Part shown: one piece after another, positions 12,431 to 24,022 of the stretch
Position numbering within the stretch: the first letter of the stretch is position 1
Layout: each line of letters starts with the position of its first letter
Origin: Phoronis australis
Taxonomy: Eukaryota > Animalia > Phoronida
Direction: 5' to 3'
DNA: 64,000 bases
NCBI GenBank assembly: GCA_002633005.1
Contig: NMRA01000399.1
Location: 91,570 to 155,569, forward strand
Notes under the pieces: model-generated
Seen by the model: the letters and a program-made list of their open reading frames with translations, nothing else
What the model was told of the DNA's origin: nothing
The model's database searches: none
Program-made: the position numbers and the translations under genes

Positions 12431-12981
12431 GTGAGTAGACAACTAGTATTTGAACTGTGATCATAAGAATCTGCTGTTTGTTTCAACACAACTTTATTAC
12501 ATCGTGTGTTGTCTGTTTAAAAGGTGAGGGAGTGCCACTGGCCTTGTATTGATGCTGAATGTTTTGAAAATGCTGTATACCCAGGTATAATACCTTCATA
12601 CTGGATCTCAAAATTGAAGGTCACTCACCTTTAGTTCATACGTACTGAGTTAAATAAACCAGAGAATGTTGAACTTGAATTTGGAGATTAGGTTATTGGT
12701 CTGCTTAAGTCTTCATCATTTTGCTGTTAAATAATTATTTGTTTTCCTTTTTCCAAACACTGTTTACCTTTGAGGAAATAATAACAATTTTACTAAATGC
12801 TGTTTTATGTCATGTGCATGGAACAAATCAGGCTTGTTAACGACTACAATTGTTGTTGTTTTTTTTACTTTTGTGGAGAAATTTGCCAAAATAGAATTTC
12901 ACTATTCTGCCTCATTGTGTGCTCATATAATTTACTCCTGGCATTTTACGTGAAGCGAAGTTGTTCCAAACTAGAGGGCAA

Positions 12982-13087
12982 TTGTCTGTCTCATCAGCAA
13001 CACATCATTGTCTGTCTCATCAGCAACACATCATTGTCTGTCTCATCAGCCCCACATCATTGTCTGTCTCATCAGCCCCACATCATT
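12982..13087. repeat. 26-bp minisatellite, 4 copies
   Basis: Unit TTGTCTGTCTCATCAGCAACACATCA. Confidence 0.88.
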
Positions 13088-13352
13088 TGTTTTGTAAGCC
13101 AACACTTGTGCATTGTGGTATTTTCAGACAAAAAAGCATCACATTATTTTGTAATATTGGACATCAAAAGCATTTTCAAGCAATCATTTCTACTTTTGAT
13201 TTATTTTCTGCTTTCTTTTCTTGTAAATTGTAAATTTGCCAAACTATTTCTAAGTATGACATGTTGTTTTGGCAGATCTAGATGACCAGACTCGTGAATG
13301 AGATGGTCTCGCCACCTGGTGTTTGAGCTCTGTATTAAAGTCATCTTTGCAG

Positions 13353-13463
13353 GGAAAGCAAAGAAGAGGAAATGGAAGGAGGATAAACTGCTTAAAAATT
13401 TGGAAAAACAGAAAAAGTTGGAAGAAGAGCAGAAAGTCTCTTCACAGGATAAAGTGTCTTGTG
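13353..13463 (+). CDS. SPOUT1: SPOUT1 exon 3 (KAKKRKWKEDKLLKNLEKQKKLEEEQK...)
   Basis: TTTGCAG| ... G|GTATGT. Lys/Glu-rich helix as in SPOUT1. Confidence 0.85.
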
Positions 13464-13594
13464 GTATGTTTATACTAGGTTTTCTGGATAACGTAAATCT
13501 TCTTCAGTTTGGGACAAAAATAATTCTATTTTTCTGAAGCTTGCCACATTGTTGCAGATGCTCACCATACAAACCATGCTAAAAGCAAAGCAAA

Positions 13595-13812
13595 TTTTTA
13601 TGCGCCCACATATTTTTTGGTGCATATTGTTGTCATCTCTGGGTGTCTGTCGTCCGCAGCTGTATCTCCTAAACCCCTCACAGGATCTTGATGAGATTTG
13701 GCAGATGTGTTCCTATGAAGCTGACGACGGATGACGACAAATTTTGGATCTATCCGACTACAAGTGTGCCCCCTAGTGGCAATTTTAGTTTTTATGCTTA
13801 CCTCTATCTTTG
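13595..13812. mobile_element. Truncated Helentron/DINE-like element, opposite orientation to 40487-41771
   Basis: TTTTTATGCGCCCACATATTT and GTGTGCCCCCTAGTGGCAATTTTAGTTTTTA are near reverse complements of 41750-41771 and about 41556-41586. Confidence 0.7.
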
Positions 13813-13821
13813 GAGGTTCTC

Positions 13822-14076
13822 AATGTTCTAGACCCAGTATGGAGCTAATCTCATCTTATGTTCTGGACCGAACATGAAGGTGGTCTCATCTAATGTTCTG
13901 GACCCAGTATGAAGGTGGTCTCGACATCTAATGTTGTGGACCCAGCATGAAGGTGGTCTCATGTAATGTTCTGGACCCAGTATGAAGGTGGTTTAATCTA
14001 ACGTTTGTGACCCAGTATGAACGTGGTCTCATCTAATGTTCTGAGCCCAGTATGAAGGTGGTCTCATCTAGTGTTC
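13822..14076. repeat. 35-bp minisatellite, about 7 copies
   Basis: Unit ATGTTCTGGACCCAGTATGAAGGTGGTCTCATCTA. Confidence 0.9.
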
Positions 14077-14346
14077 CTTACTCAGACTAAAAGTGATTTT
14101 TGTTCTTGCAAAGAAATGACAGTTTGTTAATGTCTTTGTAAATAGATTGACACGTCGTGACAAGTCAACTTCCAGAGCCTGGTCTCAACCAATCACAAAC
14201 TGTCTGACAGTTCTTTCAGTTAATAGCTGCCTTATCAGTTTGTATTATGTCATGATTTTCATTATGAGATCTGAAGTAGGGAGGAAATGTTCCTTTAAAT
14301 CTTCATCCTGGCATTTATTAAATTGCTATGCTTCTTACGCTTTCAG

Positions 14347-14506
14347 ACTCCTTGCATACTGTTACTATTGCTGTGCCCGGCTCAATCCTAGACAACGCTC
14401 AATCAGCTGAACTCAGGTCCTACCTAGCTGGACAGATTGCACGCGCCGCCGTCGTTTTCAAGGTTAATGAGGTTGTTGTATTTGATGAATCAGGCGATGG
14501 GGAAAA
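14347..14506 (+). CDS. SPOUT1: SPOUT1 exon 4
   Basis: TVTIAVPGSILDNAQSAELRSYLAGQIARAAVVFKVNEVVVFDE is the DUF171/SPOUT1 signature. Boundaries TTTCAG| and |GTAAGT. Confidence 0.96.
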
Positions 14507-14965
14507 GTAAGTCTAATCAAAATTTGTCTTTAAAGAAATTCATTGATTTTTCATCATGTAGTGGGCTTCCCATCTCTTCAAAGTGACATTCTCTTAAGAA
14601 TTTAACTAGGTTTTATGAGCTTTTAGTACTGCCAGCATTATAGGTCAAGGTTCATGGTGATACTGACAGCATTAAAGGTCAAGGTTCATGTTGAACCAGT
14701 GGTCACTGACATCTTACAAAGGAATGTCTTAAGTACTTTATACACAGTGATCTGCAAGGTGTGTTTAAAAGATAAGTGCGTTTGGAAATTACTGCATCTC
14801 AATATTCTGTCTAGTTTTATAATCACCATCCTCTGACTGTTTCTCTGTGTATCCAATATTGAATGTAAACTAAACCCATTTTGCATAGTGCAGTCGACTT
14901 CAGAATCATTAAAAACGTAAGTTGAGTCATTAAATGCAACTGCTGATATCACACATTGTTTCTAG

Positions 14966-15105
14966 AAATTTTGATGATGACTCAAAGGGTGTCAGTAAAA
15001 CAAGGCGTGGCACGGTACAACTGGCCAGGATCCTGCAGTATCTTGAGTGTCCGCAGTATCTGCGCAAGTCTCTTTTTCCACAGCATAAGGATTTACAGTA
15101 TGCTG
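14966..15105 (+). CDS. SPOUT1: SPOUT1 exon 5
   Basis: VQLARILQYLECPQYLRKSLFPQHKDLQYAG. Boundaries TTCTAG| and G|GTGAGT. Confidence 0.96.
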
Positions 15106-15398
15106 GTGAGTTGCTGTATACAGTCCATATTTACAGTACACTGGTGAGTTGCTGTATACAGTCCATATTTACAGTACACTGGTGAGTTGCTGTATACAGT
15201 ACATATTTACAGTACACTGGTGAGTTGCTGTATACAGTCCATATTTACAGTACACTGGTGAGTTGCTGTATACAGTCCATATTTACAGTACACTGGTGAG
15301 TTGCTGTATTCAGTCCATATTTACAGTACACTGGTAAGTTGCTGTATACAGTCCATATTTACAGTACACTGGTGAGTTGCTGTATACAGTCCATATTT
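15091..15398. repeat. 38-bp tandem repeat, 8 copies, spanning the exon 5 donor
   Basis: Unit ATTTACAGTACACTG|GTGAGTTGCTGTATACAGTCCAT. The first unit supplies the exon end. Confidence 0.95.
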
Positions 15399-15556
15399 CA
15401 GTTACAACCACTAAAAAGGGATTTCAACACCCTGTTTTGGAGTTAGTAGAATTTTTTTTTATTTTTTCACATTGCTATAGGAATCCCTACATTTCACCTC
15501 TAGTGCCCCACCAAAGTGATATGCCACAATATCACAATACTTGTGCTCTAATCCCT

Positions 15557-15965
15557 CACTGCTGGTCCATTGTTAGAGTGGGCCAGGCTTACTCAACTCT
15601 GTTCTTATCTCGTCATAAAGACAGTCACTGCTGGTCCATTGTTATAGTTGGCCAGCCTTACTCAACTCTGTTCTTATCTGATCATAAAGACAGTCACATC
15701 TGGTCCATTGTTACAGTTGGCCAGCCTTACTCAACTCTGTTCTTATCTGGTCATAAAGACAGTCACTGCTGGTCCATTGTTACAGTTGGCCAGGCTTACT
15801 CAACTCTGTTCTTATCTGGTCATAAAGACAGTCACTGCTGGTAAATTGATACAGTTGGCCAGGCTTACTCAACTCTGTTCTTATCTGGTCATAAAGACAG
15901 TCACTGCTGGTCCATTGGTACAGTTGGCCAGCCTTACTCAACTCTTTTCTCGTCATAAAGACAGT
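15557..15965. repeat. 69-bp minisatellite, 6 copies
   Basis: Unit CACTGCTGGTCCATTGTTACAGTTGGCCAGCCTTACTCAACTCTGTTCTTATCTGGTCATAAAGACAGT. Confidence 0.93.
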
Positions 15966-16631
15966 AATTAACAACTTGAGCCTAGTTTTACAAAAGCTTC
16001 AAACCTAAAACTTCAAGAAAATAGTCTTCACAATATTTTTCGGCAAAAAAATAACACAATTGGGCCTTTGTTGTTCGAAATTCCCAAAATCTTAAAATGG
16101 GATTTGAAAGACAGTTGATAACTTTCCTGGCATAATCATGTTAATTTGATTTTTGTGCGGCAATGTTATGTATTATAATTACTTAATACTTACACCGCAT
16201 AAGTACATGGATCTCAACATACAATAGAAAAGATGAGCAGGAATTGCAAATATGTCTGGATTTTCATAAGGTTTTTGGGGGTGACGCGCGGTAACTGTAA
16301 AAAATTTCATCATGGCCGTCAACTGCGACTACATCATTTGAATATTCAAATGAAGGTGATGAATTGTAGCCTTCACCTTCCGTTCAAAGTTTGAAGCACG
16401 CTTGAAAACTCCTAAGAAAACCTGCTACATTTTAAATTGGCAACTTGGCAGTGGCTTAGAAACATTTAATTGAGGACTGTGAGTAACACTGGTGCATCTT
16501 GAGCTATGGGATGTTGTTTGTGACACCATGAGGCAGTTTGTCAGTTGAATAAACCTCTCGGAATGTATTAGTTGAGTACTAATAGGTTACGTCCAGTTTT
16601 GAGTGAAATCACGGAAACAGGGTTTATTTCA

Positions 16632-17153
16632 AACTTTAAAATTAGCGCGTAAGTAAATAATGACATATCTATCCAACGTTTTGGTTTATTACTCTAAACC
16701 ATTGTCAAGGATATAGTTCACAGACTCAAAACAGGCGACACAGGTAGAGAAGAGACTGTACAGGTACATGTCAAAATGCATTGTGAGGGCAAGAGACCAG
16801 AAACCAAAACAGTTGGAGCCTGAGGGTGGCATTATCCTTGTCTAGGATCTGAACACCAGAGCAAGGATAATGCCACCCTCAGGCTCCTCATAAAGGAGGT
16901 TATGCTATGCATATACGGTTGAATCATGCTGAGCGTTACCTCAATAGAAACATTGGTTCATTTGAGCTCCATCTGTTTTCATTTCTGGTCTCTTGCCCTC
17001 ACAATGCATTTTGAGGTGTACTTGTACAGTCTCTTCTCTACCTGTGTCGCTTGTTTTGAGTCTGTGAACTGTTTCCTTGACACTGATTTAGAGTAATAAA
17101 CCGAAACGTTGGATAGATATGCCGTTATTTACCTACGCGCTAATTTTGAAGTT
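16632..17153. mobile_element. Fold-back of a probable Penelope-like pseudo-LTR, each arm with a minimal hammerhead-like motif
   Basis: Inverted arms of about 185 bp (16632-16818 vs about 16965-17153), an inner perfect 25-bp hairpin at 16816-16886, and consensus motif CCTTGACAATGGTTTAGAGTAATAAACCGAAACGTTGG. Confidence 0.7.
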
Positions 17154-17756
17154 CGTGCTTCCTTTCTGGCCTAAATCAAATGTGATCAAGGGTTTATTTC
17201 CTGATAATTGTCATTTTCTTGTGAACACCTGTAGCACTGAATCTATCAGTTTCAGTTGACATATCAATGCCAGCAATTTTCAAATTAGAATGTACCTTGG
17301 CTTGTAGATTAAATGTTGCGAAATGTTGTTTTGATCTGCCTGTATAAAAGTGAACTTTTCCGCAAAATAGTGCAAAGTAATAGCTATAATTTTTCACTTT
17401 CTTGGCTGCATTCTATTTTGAGTCAGCATGTATAATGCCTTTATAGCTGTGATAAGATTTGAAACAAGCAAAGTTTTTGGAGATTCATGAATTTTTATTT
17501 CTTCAAGTAGGTCGATGCCCACACATCGCTTATATCATCAAAGTTATCTTATTAATGTGCTCAGTTTGCTGTTTGTTTATGAACATACACATGACCTTTC
17601 TGATGCTTTAACCTTTGAACTGTGTGTTTTGGTAGAGAATTTTAGGTGAACTTAATGACTAAAGAGATGCACCTTCTTTTGCTGACTGTATCGTGGTTTC
17701 TCACTGAACTTCCCATGGGGCATCATATTAATACACTTTTGACTTCACTACTGAAA

Positions 17757-18124
17757 CATCTAGTGCCATCTGTTGTCTTCATGTCTACTCTAGCCTCTAG
17801 TGCCATCTGTTGTTTGTGGGTGTACTCTTCCCTCTAGTGCCATCTGTTGTCTTTGAGTGTACTTTAACCTCTAGTGCTATATATTGTCTTCGGGTGTACT
17901 CAGACCTCTAGTGACGTCTGTTGTCTATTGGTTTACTCAATTTTCAAGTGCCACCTATTGTCTGTAGGTTTGATCTATCTACTTCTACCACTTGTTATTT
18001 GCAGGTCAGCTCAATACTCTAGTGCCATCTATTGTTTACAAATCTACTCAATATAGTGGTACCAGTTGTCTACAACTCAGTACTCTAGTGCCATCTACTG
18101 TTCACAGGTCTGCTCAATCCTCTT
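17757..18124. repeat. Degenerate 37-bp tandem repeat ending across the exon 6 acceptor
   Basis: CTAGTG recurs at 17760, 17797, 17834, 17871, 17908 and later. The last unit is CTAGTGCCATCTACTGTTCACAG|GTCTGCTCAATCCTCT. Confidence 0.8.
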
Positions 18125-18235
18125 GACTGTCCTCATCACATGAGAGCGGAGGACCGGAGTCAGTATCGTGATGGTGTCGTTCTGGACAAGCCCAGCAAAA
18201 TGGGATCCTTTGTCAATGTTGGGCGTTATAACACG
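18108..18235 (+). CDS. SPOUT1: SPOUT1 exon 6 (absent from the ORF track)
   Basis: GLLNPLDCPHHMRAEDRSQYRDGVVLDKPSKMGSFVNVGRYNT. Boundaries TTCACAG| and G|GTAGGG. Confidence 0.95.
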
Positions 18236-18452
18236 GTAGGGGTCCTTTAACATGGTAGGGATGTAATAACATGGTAGAGATGCTATAACATAGTAGCGGT
18301 GTTGCCACACTGTAGGGGTGCTGCAGCACTGTAGGGGTGCTGCCACACTGTAGGGGTCCTGTGACACTGTAGCGGTGCTGTGACACTGTAGGGGTGCTAC
18401 AACACAGCAGAGGTGTTATATCGCAGTAGGAGTGCTGTGACATGGTAGGAAA
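18229..18452. repeat. Degenerate 19-bp tandem repeat, about 12 copies, starting across the exon 6 donor
   Basis: TAACACG|GTAGGGGTCCTT, TAACATGGTAGGGATGTAA, ... CCACACTGTAGGGGTGCTG. Confidence 0.8.
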
Positions 18453-18877
18453 CCTTTCGCTTGAAAACGAAGTAACAAGAAGATGAACCATCTTATTGAA
18501 ACCATCATTAAACCCAATCATGCTTTTTGCCATTTGTCCTTATAAAATTGCTCTGGTCTTGTCCCTTAAGTTGTTTTAGAAGTAATCGCAGATCTTAATA
18601 GGAAGAATTGATAGTTCATTCGCAGCCTAGAAAGCACTCTGATTTTGATAAAGGAACAATTCAAGACTAATTCCATAACAGTAACTGGCTTAAATAAAAA
18701 ATTGACAAAAAGCACAAATTTAATTTAATGCAGGTTTAATAAATTATGTGCATATGCAGTGAGCAAGACTATAAGTTAAGCATTTCTATGTGTTTCAATA
18801 GTGAAAGGATTTATTGTGTTATATAAATATTACTTGTACAAATGCTCCATATCATAAGACATCAGTTCTCTTCAGAC

Positions 18878-19107
18878 CTGTGTGCATGACATGTCCCTGT
18901 GTGCATGACATGTCCCTGTGTGCATGACATGTCCTTGTGTGCATGACATGTCCCTGTGTGCATGACATGTCCCTTTGTGCATAACATGTCCCCGTGTGCA
19001 TGTCATGTCCCTGTGTGCATGACATGTCCCTGTGTACATAACATGTCCCTGTGTGCATGACATGTCCCTGTGTGCATGACATGTCCCTGTGTCCATGACA
19101 TGTCCCT
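18878..19107. repeat. 19-bp minisatellite, about 12 copies
   Basis: Unit CTGTGTGCATGACATGTCC. Confidence 0.94.
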
Positions 19108-19130
19108 TTTGCTTGGGTCATAAATAGAGC

Positions 19131-19927
19131 CAGGGGCCTGTTTCCTGACACGTGACTTAACACTTCAGTCAGCAATTTGGTCCTTAGCTCTACACAACTG
19201 AACTAATTCTGAAAAATAATTAAATCTCACTTCAACAAAAGTGGAAAGTCTCTGAGAATATTTCCATGACTGGTAGTTACTGAGATAATATTGATGAATC
19301 ATGTCTGGTAGTTACTGAGATAATATTGATGAATTATGACTGGTAGTTACTGAGATAATATTGATGAATCATGACTGGTAATTACTGAGATAATATTGAT
19401 GAATCATGACTGGTAGTTACTGAGATAATATTGATGAATCATGACTGGTAGTTACTGAGATAATATTGATGAATTATGAGTGGTAGTTACTGAGATAATA
19501 TTGATGAATCATGACTGGTAGTTACTAAGATAATATTGATGAATCATGACTGGTAGTTACTGAGATAATATTGATGAATTATTTCTAGATGGTAANGTTA
19601 CTGAGATAATATTGATGAATTATGACTGAGTAGTTACTGAGATAATATTGATGAATCATGAGTGGTAGTTACTGAGATAATATTGATGAATCATGACTGG
19701 TAGTTACTAAGATAATATTGATGAATTATGACTGGTAGTCACATAGATAATATTGATGAATCATGACTGGTAGTTACTGAGATAATATTGATGAATTATT
19801 TCTAGATGGTAATGTGCTAATAATAATAATAAATACTTAATTAAACATTTTTACAAATTGTGAAGTGGGAGTACAAGTGCAAATTTCTGTTTTCATTTTT
19901 TATTCACTTTCATGAAACATTCCCCTG
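19131..19927. mobile_element. MITE (Harbinger/Tourist-like ends) containing an internal 35-bp minisatellite at 19266-19800
   Basis: CAGGGGCCTGTTTCCTGA ... TCATGAAACATTCCCCTG inverted ends. The body is homologous to 44826-45072. Repeat unit ATGACTGGTAGTTACTGAGATAATATTGATGAATC. Confidence 0.7.
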
Positions 19928-19996
19928 ATTCTTTTGACAAAGAAAAAACTTGTTGACAGGATATGATTAATGATCTTTCCATATTGCCCCTGCTAG

Positions 19997-20066
19997 GAGT
20001 GCCGAGTGGATTGCACATTGCCTGCTGGTGTCCGAGTCACTGTGAAGGTGGATCTAAACACACTAG
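19997..20066 (+). CDS. SPOUT1: SPOUT1 exon 7 (copy 1)
   Basis: ECRVDCTLPAGVRVTVKVDLNTL. Boundaries TGCTAG| and G|GTAGGT. Confidence 0.88.
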
Positions 20067-21585
20067 GTAGGTGGGATACTCTGGTCGTTTCTCTTGCTTG
20101 TAAATGTCAGTGTATATTGAATGCTGTTTATGTAATATGTAGACTGCTTTGGGCAATCCGTTTCACACGGTGACAAATGTTTTGTCTTAATTTTGCGACG
20201 GTTACAGAAATCGAGTCATACAGTTTTAGCAAATTAACACTTTTTATTTTCTACGTTAAAATTTAGCTCATGGGTATTATTTCGGGCTTATTGGACCACT
20301 TCTTTCATATTTTATCTAACTTTGAATTTGGATATTTTTTACTGGTGATGTAGTCCTCAATGTAACTTTAACATAAAAATGAGTGATTTATTCAAAGGAT
20401 GCGTGCCAGTTTGATGTTAAATTTAACTTAAAATTACAACAGAAGTGGTTTTGTTGTCAAAATGTGCAAAAGACAACTTTCGGGAATGCATTATCAATGA
20501 AACCAAGCAAAGCTCAGCACAAAAGGTAATCAATTGCACAGAACAAGACAAAAGTTATCAGTAGTTTAGTTTGTTAACAATTATATTCTTTAAACACGAC
20601 TCCTTGAAAGTCAAGACTATTAAAAAGTCCTAGTCATAAAATTTGTAAGGCCAGTACTAAACACGCAAGATACACGTCTCAGGTCACTTTCTTACATTGT
20701 ATTAATCTGTGCAATGTCCTACACATTGTTTGGTTTATTTTTTACATCTTAGTTAGGTTATGCAATTGCCACCAGATGTCACCCTATTGAATATCTTTGA
20801 TTTTTAGATTGTTAGCTCACGTGTTTATTTGATACGAGCACATTGTGTTTTTCACGCACTTTTACCCATTTTAGATTTGTCCTTGAAAAGCAATAGATGT
20901 ATGTTTTATGCTTTAGAACTATATCAATATTGAACTTAATGTGTTTTACTGTTTTCTATGTCTACAATTGTACACTCAGTTACTCCATGGATTAAACTCT
21001 GATCAAAAGATTTTATTTGCATGCTTGGTGTTTTAAGAGATTCACCATGACAATCCAACTAGTAATAAATAGTCGGATAAGTGAGTTCCCGATTTCAAAA
21101 TGATTTGAGAACCAGTTACTCCCACTGAGTAACGCCTGTTATCCTGTGGGAGTAACTGGTTCTCAAATCAAAGACTGATCTATCTGACCAGCGTGCTGTC
21201 TAAGCCCAAGAGACAACTCTAATCACAGTGAGCTGCAAGTTCATGTTACATTGAGCCCTAGATAATTCCCCTATTTTGGTTAACTTTGAAAGATCATAGT
21301 TGATAGATGGCTGTTTGGAATCAAATGAAACTTCCTGATACTATACTTTACGCTTTGCTCTGTTACGAATGTTCTACAAACTTGTGATATTTTCTGAAAA
21401 TACAAATTTGTTTATAAAAAACAGGAGGCATTATCTCAATATTCACACTGGGTTATTCTTTCAAAATTTCCTGGTTTACCATTTTAAAACCGAACTGTAT
21501 CTTCTATCATTGCTTGTTATGTGACTGATTTCCATTTAAACTTGTAATTATATTGTCATTGGCTTTTCAAAACTTTATTATTCAG

Positions 21586-21787
21586 AGAAAAAGAAGATCA
21601 GAGGTAAAGTAGTGTCATCCTTGACCCCGGAGAAAGAGGTGGGACTTTACTGGGGTTACAACGTGAGGATAGCCAATAGCATTAGTGGGGTGTTCACAGA
21701 ATGCCCATATAAGGCAGGTTATGACATCACCATAGGAACATCAGAGCGAGGCTCCAATGTGGATGAATTTAAACTGCCAGGGTTTAG
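21586..21787 (+). CDS. SPOUT1: SPOUT1 exon 8 (copy 1)
   Basis: KKKIRGKVVSSLTPEKEVGLYWGYNVRIANSISGVFTECPYKAGYDITIGTSERGSNVDEFKLPGF. Boundaries TTCAG| and AG|GTAAGC. Confidence 0.92.
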
Positions 21788-22598
21788 GTAAGCCATGTTT
21801 ATAGGGACTTGGTTGTAAATTCAAACTGCTATTTTGGATTTATTTATTTGGTATTTTTAGAGTCAGTCATAATCACTGTGAAGAACCAACTCACGGATGA
21901 AAATAAATTCAAAGGAGAAATCAAAATAAGGTTTTTAGACTTGTTATAAAACTACAAATCCCTTGTAGTCTTTGTGAAGTATTTTCATTTGTACTTGCCA
22001 CACTTTTATCCATGTTCCGGGTCCTTGTTAAAGGGACATTGGAGAGAAAGGGAAGAATAATGAAAGAATCTCACCTTTGTAACTGTATTCAATATTGAAA
22101 AATAACTGTTACTTGTCTTTGAATTTTCAAAAGTTGTGTACTGTAAGTGAAGTTAATGAAAAAAATTCCGTGTAACCATAGCAACTAGTCGCCTTCAACA
22201 TGATCCCTCTGATGAGCTCCTTACACAAACCATAAATTTGGTAACTCTCCACGGAATATTTGGTAACTCTCCACGGAATATTTGGTAACTCTCCACGTAA
22301 TATTTGGTAACTCTCCACGGAATATNATCATGACTGGTAGTTACTAAGATAATATTGATGAATCATGACTGGTAGTTACTGAGATAATATTGATGAATTA
22401 TTTCTAGATGGTAATGTGCTAATAATAATAATAAGTACTTAATTAAACATTTTTACAAATTGTGAAGTGGGAGTACAAGTGCAAATTTCTGATTTCATTT
22501 TTTATTCACTTTCATGAAACATTCCCCTGATTCTTTTGACAAAGAAAAAACTTGTTGACAGGATATGATTAATGATCTTTCCATATTGCCCCTGCTAG

Positions 22599-22668
22599 GA
22601 GTGCCGAGTGGATTGCACATTGCCTGCTGGTGTCCGAGTCACTGTGAAGGTGGATCTAAACACACTAG
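22599..22668 (+). CDS. SPOUT1: SPOUT1 exon 7 (duplicate copy)
   Basis: Identical to 19997-20066 with intact splice sites. Confidence 0.8.
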
Positions 22669-23337
22669 GTAGGTGGGATACTCAGGTCGTTTCTCTTGCT
22701 TGTAAATGTCAATGTATATTGAATGCTGTTTATGTAATATGTAGACTGCTTTGGACAAACCATTTCACACGGTGGCAAATGTTTTGTCTTAATTTTGCGA
22801 CGGTTACAGAAATCGAGTCTTACAGTTTTAGCAAATTAACACTTTTTATTTTCTATGGTTAAAATTTAGCTCATGGGTATTATTTCGGGCTTATTGGACC
22901 ACTTCTTTCATATTTTATCTAACTTTGAATTTGGAATATTTTTTACTAGTGATGTAGCCCTCAATGTAACTTTAACATAAAAATGAGTGATTTGTTCAAA
23001 GGATGTGTGCCAGTTTGATGTTAAATTTAACTTAAAATTACAACAGAAGTGGTTTTGTTGTCAAAATGTGCAAAAGACAACTTTCGGGAATGCATTATCA
23101 ATGAAACCAAGCAAAGCTCAGCACAAAAGGTAATCAATTCAATTGCACAGCACAAGACAAAAGTAATCAATTGCACAGCACAAGACAAAAGTTATCAGTA
23201 GTTTAGTTTGTTAACAATTATATTCTTTAAACACGACTCCTTGAAAGTCAAGACTATTAAAAAGTCCTAGTCATAAAATTTATAAAGCCAGTTGTACTAA
23301 ACACGTAAGATACACGTCTTAGGTCACTTTCTTACAT

Positions 23338-24022
23338 TATATTAAGTTGTGCAATGTCCTACACATTGTCTGCTTTATTAAGTTGTGCAATGTCCTACAC
23401 ATTGTCTGCTTTATTAAGCTGTGCAATGTCCTACACATTGTCTGCTTTATTAAGTTGTGCAATGTCCTACACATTGTCTGGTTTATTAAGTTGTGCAATG
23501 TCCTACACATTGTCTGCTTTATTAAGCTGTGCAATGTCCTACACATTGTCTGCTTTATTAAGTTGTGCAATGTCCTACACATTGTCTGCTTTATTAAGCT
23601 GTGCAATGTCCTACACATTGTCTGCTTTATTAAGTTGTGCAATGTCCTACACATTGTCTGCTTTATTAAGCTGTGCAATGTCCTACACATTGTCTGCTTT
23701 ATTAAGCTGTGCAATGTCCTACACATTGTCTGCTTTATTAAGCTGTGCAATGTCCTACACATTGTCTGCTTTATTAAGCTGTGCAATGTCCTACACATTG
23801 TCTGCTTTATTAAGCTGTGCAATGTCCTACACATTGTCTGCTTTATTAAGCTGTGCAATGTCCTACACATTGTCTGCTTTATTAAGCTGTGCAAAGTCCT
23901 ACACATTGTCTGCTTTATTAATCTGTGCAATGTCCTACACATTGTCTGCTTTATTAAGCTGTGCAATGTCCTACACATTGCTTTATTAATCTGTGCAATG
24001 TCCTAAACATTGTCTGGTTTAT
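23338..24022. repeat. 36-bp minisatellite, about 19 copies
   Basis: Unit TGCAATGTCCTACACATTGTCTGCTTTATTAAGCTG. It explains the three ORFs of about 215 aa. Confidence 0.97.

Noticed and set aside
15377-15974. ORFs with 23-residue repeats
   Set aside because: Translations of the 69-bp minisatellite.
23337-24006. Three ORFs of about 215 aa with 12-residue repeats
   Set aside because: They are translations of a 36-bp intronic minisatellite, open in several frames on both strands.
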